From positions 1-21,309 of the forward strand of contig JBKAGE010000018.1 of assembly GCA_046290225.1 (NCBI GenBank): a DNA stretch of 21,309 bases, given 5' to 3'. This DNA comes from Bradymonadia bacterium. GTDB taxonomy: Bacteria > Myxococcota_A > Bradymonadia > UBA7976 > UBA1532. Of this stretch, positions 1 to 8,157 are shown piece after piece (the stretch's first letter is position 1; every line of letters starts with the position of its first letter). Below the pieces are notes generated by a model. That model was not told the origin of the DNA. It saw only the letters and a program-made list of their open reading frames with translations, and did not search any database. Made by a program: the position numbers and the translations under genes.

Positions 1-82
1 AAACCCTACACCTCTTTGGCACCAGTACTCGCATTCGCCAATTAGGCTCAACGATACCAACCAAAATGTGTAGGACGATCAG

Positions 83-173
83 AGCCGCTGGCTACGACTG
101 CGCTTTGTGTGACCTGCCTGCACGCAAACTCACGACGCAGCCACCCACTCCCAGAGCCTCCGCGCCTCCGCGG
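83..173 (-). repeat. Decayed, inverted partial copy of the hairpin element at 1753-1914
   Basis: 157-173 (CCTCCGCGCCTCCGCGG) is the exact reverse complement of 1753-1769. The upstream blocks GCCTGCAC, CTCACGACG and GCCACC occur in the same order in the reverse complement of 1770-1810. AGCC-GCT-GGCT-A-CGACTGCG (83-102) resembles the reverse-complement core CAGC-GCT-GCTG-CGCCTGCG. Confidence 0.55.
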
Positions 174-297
174 TGCTTGGCCTGATGTGGGTTGTGGTTG
201 GGGGGCGGAGGTTTGGAGGGGGGTGATTTGGAGGGTGGTTTGATTGGGGGTGGGTATGTCTTGATGAGGGCAGCATATGAGTTGGAGGAATTGCTTG

Positions 298-713
298 ATG
301 CATTCTGAGCTGCTCCCGAACCAGCGCCACCTGTTCGATATGCCCTCGTCGGTGAGCTATCTGAACTGCGCCTATATGTCGCCGCTGTCTCGGGCGGTGG
401 TGGAAGCCGGTGAGCGCGCGGTGCACAGCAAAGCTCGGCCCTGGGAGATCACGGCGCAGGACTTCTTCGAGCAACCCAACCGGGCCCGGAGGCTGCTGGC
501 GGATTTGATGGGGGTGGATGACCCAGGGGCCTTTGCTGTGGTGCCTTCGGCGAGCTATGGGCTGGCGGTGGCGGCGGCGAACCAGCCCATGGCTGAGGGG
601 GACGGGTTTCGGTGAGTTTTCGGGGTGATTGCATGCGCATCACGCCTCATCTCTATAACAACGATGATGATGTGGCTCGACTGGTGGGTGTCTTGGCATC
701 CGGTGTAGCCTGA
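298..713 (+). pseudogene. Class V PLP-dependent aminotransferase (cysteine desulfurase/kynureninase-like fold), internally deleted and frameshifted
   Basis: GGAGG at 284-288 precedes ATG 298. N-terminal motifs YLNCAYMSP and AVVPSASYGLAVAAAN run to about 603, with a stop at 613-615. In a different frame, 606-713 reads VSVSFRGDCMRITPHLYNNDDDVARLVGVLASGVA*, the typical C-terminus of this family. The central part with the PLP lysine is absent. Confidence 0.85.
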
Positions 714-788
714 TAGGCCCAGATGCCTTCGAGAGACTCCATCCAATGTGCGATCTAAGGCAGTTGTCAGCGACTGGATCCGGACAGC

Positions 789-1637
789 TCAGTGGAGTCT
801 GCCATGCCAGAGTGACTCTCCTTTCTCAAAGTCCTTTGGTGTCAGGCCCATTTCGTCCAGAGCGATGGCTTCTGCTTGATAGCCCAGGCTTACGTGTCCA
901 TGTGCACAGTACCAAGTCCCCGAGTCGTTCAATGAGATCGGCTTCACCTCAAGCACGCCTGCTTGTTGGCGCTCCAACTCCAGGCAGTATGCCGATTTGA
1001 GTGCAGCCAAACGGTATCGACGGTTGTCCCGACGGCCCCACAGCGGGAGGTACGACCTGCTCCCCAAGGCCTTGAGCGGCTCGATGACCGATGCCTGCCT
1101 TGTAAAGTGAGCGGCGATGGCACAGTGGCGCGCATACGCAATCGCTCCATCGACGCTGATACCTCGCTCGAGCTGGTACAACGGATCAGCACACTTCAGC
1201 AGGGCATCAACCGCAGCCTGAGCGGCCGGCAATGGTCGACGACTCATGTAAGCCAGAAACTTGGCTGAGTTGTAGTAGCGCGATATCCCCCGCTCACCTT
1301 CGTTCACAGTCAAGACCCGCTGTGTCAGCCAACGCAGGTCTGTCTTGTCACCCATGACGACAATCAATCTGAGTGCACGATCTCCCAAGTAAGGATCATC
1401 CACCATCCAGTACAACTCATGGCGAAATTGCACAGGTATTTGTGAAGGCACTCGTGTTCCATCTCGGCGACCAAAATAGTCTTCGATGACATCCCATTCC
1501 GGATCGTCATAGCTGGGCCAGACATACTGATAAGCCATTTGATGCATGGTCTGGCGTCCCTTGCCCCCCTCGCCATCAGCTGAGCACCCCATCATCACAC
1601 ACACCAAACACAGCAGCCCCCAATCACGCGTACTCAT
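789..1637 (-). CDS. Hypothetical protein, probable lipoprotein
   Basis: Open frame 789-1676. Starting at ATG 1637 gives MSTRDWGLLCLVCVMMG-C, a charged/hydrophobic leader ending in a lipobox-like Cys followed by a Gly-rich linker. No family recognised. Partly lower GC than the nuo genes. Confidence 0.65.
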   Translation of the reverse strand: MSTRDWGLLCLVCVMMGCSADGEGGKGRQTMHQMAYQYVWPSYDDPEWDVIEDYFGRRDGTRVPSQIPVQFRHELYWMVDDPYLGDRALRLIVVMGDKTDLRWLTQRVLTVNEGERGISRYYNSAKFLAYMSRRPLPAAQAAVDALLKCADPLYQLERGISVDGAIAYARHCAIAAHFTRQASVIEPLKALGSRSYLPLWGRRDNRRYRLAALKSAYCLELERQQAGVLEVKPISLNDSGTWYCAHGHVSLGYQAEAIALDEMGLTPKDFEKGESLWHGRLH

Positions 1638-1759
1638 AGCCACCGTCACCGCATAATCAACGACTTGATCAGACAACGACTCACCTCAAGGGTTCACCAC
1701 TGACACCCCAAAACAGCCATCATATAAGTCAGAGAAATGTCATGCACGTGCCCCGCGGA

Positions 1760-1914
1760 GGCGCGGAGGTGGTGGCAGTCGTCGTGAGGTCGGTGAGGTC
1801 GTGTGCAGGCGCGGCTTTTCACCCGCAGGCGCAGCAGCGCTGCGTCGAGGACGGAAAAGTCGTGCCTGTGCGCGAGATCGCCGGCGTCACGGCGGCTGAC
1901 GCCGCCGCAGCGCC
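1760..1914 (+). repeat. Long imperfect hairpin element (REP/MITE-like or structured RNA), copy 1
   Basis: Hand pairing: 1760-1764/1910-1914, 1768-1796/1878-1906 (2 mismatches), 1799-1820/1854-1875 (22 bp), internal loop ACCCGCA/GAGGACG, and inner stem 1828-1835/1839-1846. It lies just past the nuoN stop codon. Confidence 0.85.
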
Positions 1915-1922
1915 GGAGCTGC

Positions 1923-3482
1923 TTATTGAGGGCCCAGCGAGAGGAGGGAAGAGCGGGCCATCTCAAGGTAATCATCGGGGAACACACCGAGGATCACCAC
2001 CAGGGCCAGGCTGATCACCAGCACCGCGGTGACGCTGTGGCTGGTGAACATGGGCACCTCGCGGGTGGCGGGCTTCATGTAGAGGAACACGATGACGCGC
2101 AGGTAGTAGTACAGGGCGATCATCGAGTTGATGATGGCGATGATGACCAGGGTGGTCATCTGGGGGCTGCCCACCGCCATGGCCTCTTTGAAGAGGTAGA
2201 ACTTGCCGAAGAAGCCTGCCAGCGGGGGGATACCCGCCAAGCTCAGCACACCGAGCATCAGGGCCAGACCCAGGAACGGCTTCTTGAAGCCCACCCCGGC
2301 GAAGTCGCTGTAGTGCGTGTACTCCTCGCCGCCCTTGCCGAAGAGCGCGATGACGCCGAAGGCCAGGAAGGTGCTGAAGGTGTAGGTCAGCAGGTAGTAC
2401 ATGATGGCGCTGGTGGCCTCGGAGCCGGGGCTCATGGCGCCGGCCACCACGCCCACCAGCAGGTAGCCCGCGTGGGAGACGCTGGAGTAGGCCAGCATGC
2501 GCTTCACGTTGCTCTGGGCGATGGCGCCGAGGTTGCCGGCGAACATCGTCAAGATCGCCAGGAAGTAGACCACACCCACCCAACCGTTGCCGTCCCGGGC
2601 CACAGGCACGCCAGCGAGGGCCTCGGCGCCCTCGACGGGCAGACCGAACTGCAAGTCACCGAGGCCGAAGGCGATGGTGAAGAGGCGCACCAGGGCGGCG
2701 AAGCCCGCAGCCTTCACACCCACGGCCATGAAGGCCGTCACCGGAGAGGGGGCACCGGTGTAGACGTCAGGGGCCCAGAAGTGGAAGGGCGCCAGAGCGA
2801 CCTTGAAGCCCAGGCCCACCAGGATCAGGGCCACACCCAGCTTCACCAGGGTCGAGCCAGCGAGATCGGACTGACCCTCGAGGGCCTCGCGGATGCCCAC
2901 CATGTCGGTGCTGCCCGTGGCGCCGTAGAGCAGGGCCACGCCGTAGAGCAGGATGCCCGAGGCGAAGGCGCCCATGAGGAAGTACTTCAAGGCACCTTCG
3001 GCGCTCTTGCGGTTGCGGCGCAGGTAGCCCGTGAGCACGTAGACCGCCACCGACATGATCTCCAGGGCCACGAAGAGCACGATGAGATCGCGGCTCGCCG
3101 CCATCAGGCACATGCCCGCAGCGCTGAAGATCATCAGGGCGTAGTACTCGCCGTGATCCATCTTGTGCTCGGCGAGGTACTTGCGACTCATGAGCACCGC
3201 CAGCAGGCCGCCGGCGAGGAAGATCATGTTGAAGAAGGCGGCGTAGGTGTCGTTCACCAGCATGCCGCCGAAGAGGGCGTCGCTGAAGGGCTTGCCCTCC
3301 CACTGCATCTGGTTGACCACGAAGGCCACCACGAAGCCCAGCACGCTCACCGTGCCGATGAAACCCCGGCTCGCCCCCTTCTGGGCGAAGACCTCGAGGA
3401 ACATGGCGGCGAGGCCGAAGAGGCACAGAATGATGACCGGGAGAACCCCGAGCAGGTCGGAGACTTCAAAGGTGATGTTCAC
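1923..3482 (-). CDS. nuoN: NADH-quinone oxidoreductase subunit N
   Basis: 519-aa polytopic protein with FVALEIMS, EGALKYF, FKVALAPFHFWAPDVYTGAP, KRMLAYSSVSHAGY and GIPPLAGFFGK. Its GTG start overlaps the nuoM TGA. Confidence 0.97.
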   Translation of the reverse strand: MNITFEVSDLLGVLPVIILCLFGLAAMFLEVFAQKGASRGFIGTVSVLGFVVAFVVNQMQWEGKPFSDALFGGMLVNDTYAAFFNMIFLAGGLLAVLMSRKYLAEHKMDHGEYYALMIFSAAGMCLMAASRDLIVLFVALEIMSVAVYVLTGYLRRNRKSAEGALKYFLMGAFASGILLYGVALLYGATGSTDMVGIREALEGQSDLAGSTLVKLGVALILVGLGFKVALAPFHFWAPDVYTGAPSPVTAFMAVGVKAAGFAALVRLFTIAFGLGDLQFGLPVEGAEALAGVPVARDGNGWVGVVYFLAILTMFAGNLGAIAQSNVKRMLAYSSVSHAGYLLVGVVAGAMSPGSEATSAIMYYLLTYTFSTFLAFGVIALFGKGGEEYTHYSDFAGVGFKKPFLGLALMLGVLSLAGIPPLAGFFGKFYLFKEAMAVGSPQMTTLVIIAIINSMIALYYYLRVIVFLYMKPATREVPMFTSHSVTAVLVISLALVVILGVFPDDYLEMARSSLLSLGPQ

Positions 3483-5140
3483 CGTGCCACCCCCGCAGTG
3501 CGAGTGTCTTTGGCCTTCTGCTCCGACTCCTTGCGCTCCTGATCACGCTTGGCCTTGCGCACAACCAGCTTCTGGATGCGGGCGCGGCCCTCGGCGTCGT
3601 CAGCAGGCATGGTGGTGGCCTGACTCAAGGTCAGGAACCGGTCCACCGAGGCGTGCATGGGCTTGAGGAAGTAGTTGGGCGCCACCCCCATGATGAAGAT
3701 GAGGGCGATCAGGGGGACCATCACGATGATCTCCCGGGCGTTGAGATCCTTGAGCACCTTGTTCTTGGGGTTGTCCAGGGGGCCGAACATGACCTGCTGG
3801 AACATGTAGAGCATGTACAGGGCCCCGAAGATCACCCCGAGGGCGCCGATGGCCACGTACCAGCGCAGGTCCCAGAGGCCGTCGGCGCTGAAGGTGCCGG
3901 CGAAGATGAGGAACTCACCGACGAAGCCGTTGGTGCCCGGCAGGGCCACCGACGACAGCGTCACGATCATCAAGAAGATGGCGAAGATGGGCATCGCCTT
4001 GCTGATGCCGCCGAACTCGCTGATCTCACGGGTGTGACGCCGCTCGTAGATCATGCCCACGAGCAAGAAGAGCGCGCCGGTGCTGATGCCGTGGTTGAGC
4101 ATCTGCATCACCGCGCCCTCGACGGCCTGCTCGCTGGCGGCCATGAGGCCAAGCATCACAAAGCCGAGGTGGCTCACCGAAGAGTAGGCCACGAGGCGCT
4201 TCACGTCGGACTGGGCGTAGGCGAGGAAGGCGCCGTAGATGATGCCGATGACAGCAAAGCCCGCGATGTAGGGGGTGAAGATCTTCACCGCGTCGGGGAA
4301 CATCGGCATGGCGAAGCGCACGAAGCCGTAGGTGCCCATCTTCAGGAGCACGCCGGCCAGGATCACCGAGCCCGCCGTGGGGGCCTGAACGTGGGCCCGG
4401 GGCAGCCAGGTGTGGAACGGGAACAGCGGCACCTTGATGGCGAAGGCGAGGCCGAAGGCCCCGAACATGTAGAGCTGCTCCTTCAGGCTGAGCTTCAGGC
4501 CGTAGAAGTTCTCGAGCATGAAGCTCGGGGCCTGATCAGCGGGCTGCTGGGCATACAGGTAGAAGATGGCCACCAGCATGAGCAGGGAGCCCACCGCCGT
4601 GTAGATGAAGAACTTGATGGTGGCGTGGATGCGATCCTTGCCACCCCACACCCCGATGAGCAGGTACATCGGGATGAGCATCATCTCCCAGAACAGGTAG
4701 AAGAAGAACAGGTCGATGGCCAGGAGCGCGCCGAGCATGGCGGTCTCGAGGACCAGGAAGCAGATCATGAACTCTTTGACCCGCTTTTCGACCGAGTTCC
4801 AGCACCCGAGGATGATGAGCGGGGTCAAGAACGTGGTCAGGATCACCAGCCAGAAGCTGATGCCGTCGATGCCCAGGGCGTAACGAATGCCGAGGGCTTC
4901 GATCCAGGGCTTGTTCTCGATGAGCTGGAACCCGGCGATCTCGTTGTTGAAGGCCGGGAAGATGGCCAGCGAGACGAGGAACACCAGGCCGGACCACGCC
5001 AGGGCGAGGCCCTTGTGGATCTTGTCGTGCTCCTTGGGCACCCCCATGAGCATGAGGGCACCGAGCAGGGGCAGCCAGGTGATGATCGAGAGCCAGGGCG
5101 CGCCAGAAGCTGCGGCCTGTTGTGTGAGTTGAATCTCCAT
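3479..5140 (-). CDS. nuoM: NADH-quinone oxidoreductase subunit M
   Basis: LGIDGIS, FYLFWEMMLIPMYLLIGVWG, FAIKVPLFPFHTWLPRAHVQAPTAGSVILAGVLLKMG and LPGTNGFVGEF; lies between nuoL and nuoN. Confidence 0.97.
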   Translation of the reverse strand: MEIQLTQQAAASGAPWLSIITWLPLLGALMLMGVPKEHDKIHKGLALAWSGLVFLVSLAIFPAFNNEIAGFQLIENKPWIEALGIRYALGIDGISFWLVILTTFLTPLIILGCWNSVEKRVKEFMICFLVLETAMLGALLAIDLFFFYLFWEMMLIPMYLLIGVWGGKDRIHATIKFFIYTAVGSLLMLVAIFYLYAQQPADQAPSFMLENFYGLKLSLKEQLYMFGAFGLAFAIKVPLFPFHTWLPRAHVQAPTAGSVILAGVLLKMGTYGFVRFAMPMFPDAVKIFTPYIAGFAVIGIIYGAFLAYAQSDVKRLVAYSSVSHLGFVMLGLMAASEQAVEGAVMQMLNHGISTGALFLLVGMIYERRHTREISEFGGISKAMPIFAIFLMIVTLSSVALPGTNGFVGEFLIFAGTFSADGLWDLRWYVAIGALGVIFGALYMLYMFQQVMFGPLDNPKNKVLKDLNAREIIVMVPLIALIFIMGVAPNYFLKPMHASVDRFLTLSQATTMPADDAEGRARIQKLVVRKAKRDQERKESEQKAKDTRTAGVAR

Positions 5141-5148
5141 CTCTCCTC

Positions 5149-7131
5149 TTACCCCGCGATCCAGGCGACCATGAGGGCCCAGAAGCCGATGAACACGAAG
5201 GCGGCGTAGCGCTGCACGTCACCGTTGGTGAGCAGCTTCACGAGCCCGCCGGCCTTGACGCTGATGCCAGCGGTGCGGTTGACCAGCAGACCGTCGATGA
5301 TGCCGTCGTCGATGACGCGCCAGCACACACCGGCGAACCGCTTGATGGGGTTCACGATGAACGCCGCGTAGAGCTCGTCGATGTAGTACTTGTTGAACAG
5401 CAGGGTGTGCAGGCCGCCCACCGACTGCTTGATCTTCTCGGGCATGTCCTGCTTCTTGCCGGCGTACATCATGTAGGCCAGCAGCGCCATGAGGGCGGCG
5501 AGGCCGACGCTGATGGCCATGAGGGCCAGCTCGAGGGCGGTCTGATCTTCGCCGTTGCCGAAGCTCAGGTTGGCGTCGCTCATGGCGAAGACGGGGTGCA
5601 GCCACTCGTGGAACAGGTTCGGGGGATGGCCGGGCACCCAGTGGGGCAGACCCAGGACACCACCCACCACGGCGAGGGCGGCGAGCACCACCAGCGGGAT
5701 CGTCATCAGCTTGGGCGACTCGTGCAGGTGGCTGCGGGTCTTCTCGCTGCCCCGGAACTCACCCTCGAAGGTCAGGCAGTACACCCGGACCATGTAGAAG
5801 GCGGTGCACATGGCGCCGAGCACCCCGACGACCCAGAACACAGGGCCGGGGATGATGGTGTTGTTCTGGCTGAACACCTTCCAGAGAATTTCATCTTTGG
5901 AGAAGAAGCCGGAGAACAGCGGGGTGCCGATGATGGCCAGCGTGCTGAGCAGGAAGGTCCAGCGCGTGATGGGCATGTACTTCTTGAGCCCGCCCATGTC
6001 TTTCACGTCCTGGCTGTGCACGGCGTGGATCACCGAGCCGCTGCCGAGGAACAGACAGGCCTTGAAGAAGGCGTGGGTGAGCACGTGGAACAGGCCCGCG
6101 GCGTATGCCCCGCAGCCGACGCCCATGAACATGTAGCCCAGCTGGCTCACCGTCGAGTAGGCCAGCACCTTCTTGATGTCGTTCTGCACGATGCCGATGG
6201 TGGCGGCGAACAGCGCCGTGACGGCACCGATGGCAGTGACCACGGTCATGGCCACGTCGCTCAGGCTGAACAGGAAGTTCATCCGGGCCACCATGAACAC
6301 ACCAGCGGTCACCATGGTGGCGGCGTGGATCAGGGCCGACACCGAGGTGGGCCCTGCCATGGCGTCGGGCAGCCAGACATAGAGCGGCACCTGAGCGGAC
6401 TTGCCCATGGCGCCCACGAACATCAGCAGGCAGATGATCGTGGCGTAGCCGCCGAGGTTGCTCTGGGCGATGACCGCCGGATCCATCAGCTTGTCGTAGC
6501 TGAGGGTGAGGGCCATGTCGTGGGTGCCCAGGGCGTACAGAATAAAGAACATGCCCAGCAGGAAGCCAAAGTCACCGATGCGGTTGGTGATGAAGGCCTT
6601 CTTGCCGGCGTCGGCGTTCTTGTGATCCTCGTACCAGTACCCGATGAGCAGGTACGAACAGACACCGACGCCCTCCCAGCCCACGAAGAGCAGGAGCAGG
6701 TTCTCGCCGGTGACCAGCATGAGCATGCTGAACATGAACAAGTTCAGGTAGGTGAAGAACTTGTAGTACCCGGGGTCGTCGTGCATGTACGACGCCGAGT
6801 AGACGTGGATCAGGAAGCCAATGCCGGTGACGAAGAGCAGGAACACGCTGGTCATGTGGTCCACGTAGAAGCCCATGGGCACGTGGAAGTTCCCGCTGAT
6901 GATCCAGTCGAAGAGGGGCGCCGGCTGAAGCACGGCGTCGTCGGGCATGCCCTTCAAGGTGAAGAACACCTCGATGGCGATCATGAAGGGCAGGAACGTG
7001 GCGGCGCAGGCGATGCCCGAGATGGTGGCCTCGGACATCTTCTTGCGGAACAGCCCGCCGATGGTGCCGTTGATGATGGCCCCCAAGAGGGGGAACAGCA
7101 CGATCATGTGAATGGGGATGTTGGTCTGCAT
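5149..7131 (-). CDS. nuoL: NADH-quinone oxidoreductase subunit L
   Basis: FVGWEGVGVCSYLLIG, KAFITNRIGD, GKSAQVPLYVWLPDAMAGPTSVSALIHAATMV, HAFFKA and the lateral-helix region NKYYIDELY. Confidence 0.97.
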   Translation of the reverse strand: MQTNIPIHMIVLFPLLGAIINGTIGGLFRKKMSEATISGIACAATFLPFMIAIEVFFTLKGMPDDAVLQPAPLFDWIISGNFHVPMGFYVDHMTSVFLLFVTGIGFLIHVYSASYMHDDPGYYKFFTYLNLFMFSMLMLVTGENLLLLFVGWEGVGVCSYLLIGYWYEDHKNADAGKKAFITNRIGDFGFLLGMFFILYALGTHDMALTLSYDKLMDPAVIAQSNLGGYATIICLLMFVGAMGKSAQVPLYVWLPDAMAGPTSVSALIHAATMVTAGVFMVARMNFLFSLSDVAMTVVTAIGAVTALFAATIGIVQNDIKKVLAYSTVSQLGYMFMGVGCGAYAAGLFHVLTHAFFKACLFLGSGSVIHAVHSQDVKDMGGLKKYMPITRWTFLLSTLAIIGTPLFSGFFSKDEILWKVFSQNNTIIPGPVFWVVGVLGAMCTAFYMVRVYCLTFEGEFRGSEKTRSHLHESPKLMTIPLVVLAALAVVGGVLGLPHWVPGHPPNLFHEWLHPVFAMSDANLSFGNGEDQTALELALMAISVGLAALMALLAYMMYAGKKQDMPEKIKQSVGGLHTLLFNKYYIDELYAAFIVNPIKRFAGVCWRVIDDGIIDGLLVNRTAGISVKAGGLVKLLTNGDVQRYAAFVFIGFWALMVAWIAG

Positions 7132-7148
7132 CGGTGTCGCCTAGCCCC

Positions 7149-7466
7149 TCAGTGCCGCATCAGGTTGGCTTCGTCCACGTTCAAGGTGCGTCGACCTCGG
7201 AACAAGTGGAGGAAGATGGCGAGGCCCACCGCTGCTTCAGCGGCGGCCACGGCGATGACGAAGAAGCTGATGACGTGGCCGTCCATATCCCCACGGGCCC
7301 GGCTGAAGGCCAGGAAGGTGAGGTTGACGGCGTTGAGCATCAACTCGACGCACATGAAGACCACAATGGCGTTACGCCGCACGAGCACGCCCAAGGCCCC
7401 GAGGGAGAATAAGATCGCCCCGAGGATCAGGTAGTGGTTGAGCGGTACGGCCATCTCCGCGCTCAT
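7149..7466 (-). CDS. nuoK: NADH-quinone oxidoreductase subunit K
   Basis: 105 aa with three TM segments, [19 protein letters not shown] and [11 protein letters not shown]. Confidence 0.97.
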   Translation of the reverse strand: MSAEMAVPLNHYLILGAILFSLGALGVLVRRNAIVVFMCVELMLNAVNLTFLAFSRARGDMDGHVISFFVIAVAAAEAAVGLAIFLHLFRGRRTLNVDEANLMRH

Positions 7467-8110
7467 CGGCTGGACCCCTTTCGCATGAACCGGCGGGCAA
7501 CCTGGGCGTTGCCGTGGCGAGCGGCCATGGTGGCGGACCGCTCTTTCTCGGTGATGAAGGTGGTCGACGGATCGCGCTTGGCGAGAATGACCGCGCCCAC
7601 CATGGCCACGAGCAACAGAATCGAAGTGAGTTCGAAGGGCAGCAGGTACTTGTTGAACAACAAGATGCCCACGCTCTTGAGGGTGCCGAAGGTGGCCATC
7701 TGCTCTTCGCTCAGGGCGCCCTTGAGCAGGTCACCCTTGAGAGGCTCGAGCAGATCGTCGCCGGCGAAGATGGCCACGAAGCCAAAGCCCGCCATGGCCA
7801 CCACGACACCGCTGACGATCTTGAACAGCGTGATCTTGGGCTCACCGAGCTCGTGATCCTGCAGGTTGAGCAGCATGATCACGAAGATGAAGAGCACCAT
7901 GATGGCCCCGCCGTACACGAGCACCTGCAACATGGCGATGAGGTGGGCGGCGAGGAGCACGTAGATGCCCGCGAGGCAGAAGAAGCAGCCCACGAGCGCG
8001 ATGGCGCTGTGGATCGGCTTCCGGGCCTTGGGGAGCGGTGGGAAGATCACCGCCGCTGCGCAGGCGACGGCGCCCAGCGCGAAGATCCAGAAGAAGATGA
8101 TCTCACCCAT
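7463..8110 (-). CDS. nuoJ: NADH-quinone oxidoreductase subunit J
   Basis: [29 protein letters not shown] and [20 protein letters not shown]. Start placed at ATG 8110 (MGEIIFF), because the longer ORF overlaps nuoF. Confidence 0.95.
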   Translation of the reverse strand: MGEIIFFWIFALGAVACAAAVIFPPLPKARKPIHSAIALVGCFFCLAGIYVLLAAHLIAMLQVLVYGGAIMVLFIFVIMLLNLQDHELGEPKITLFKIVSGVVVAMAGFGFVAIFAGDDLLEPLKGDLLKGALSEEQMATFGTLKSVGILLFNKYLLPFELTSILLLVAMVGAVILAKRDPSTTFITEKERSATMAARHGNAQVARRFMRKGSSR

Positions 8111-8157
8111 ATGTGGTCTTTCCCTCGTCTCTCGGACCTCGAGGTGGGCCCCGTAGG

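Noticed and set aside
1760..1914. Hairpin as a Rho-independent terminator of the nuo operon
   Set aside because: No U-tract on the minus strand, and on the nuo mRNA strand the G-T pairs become A-C mismatches. A processing or stability role is not excluded.
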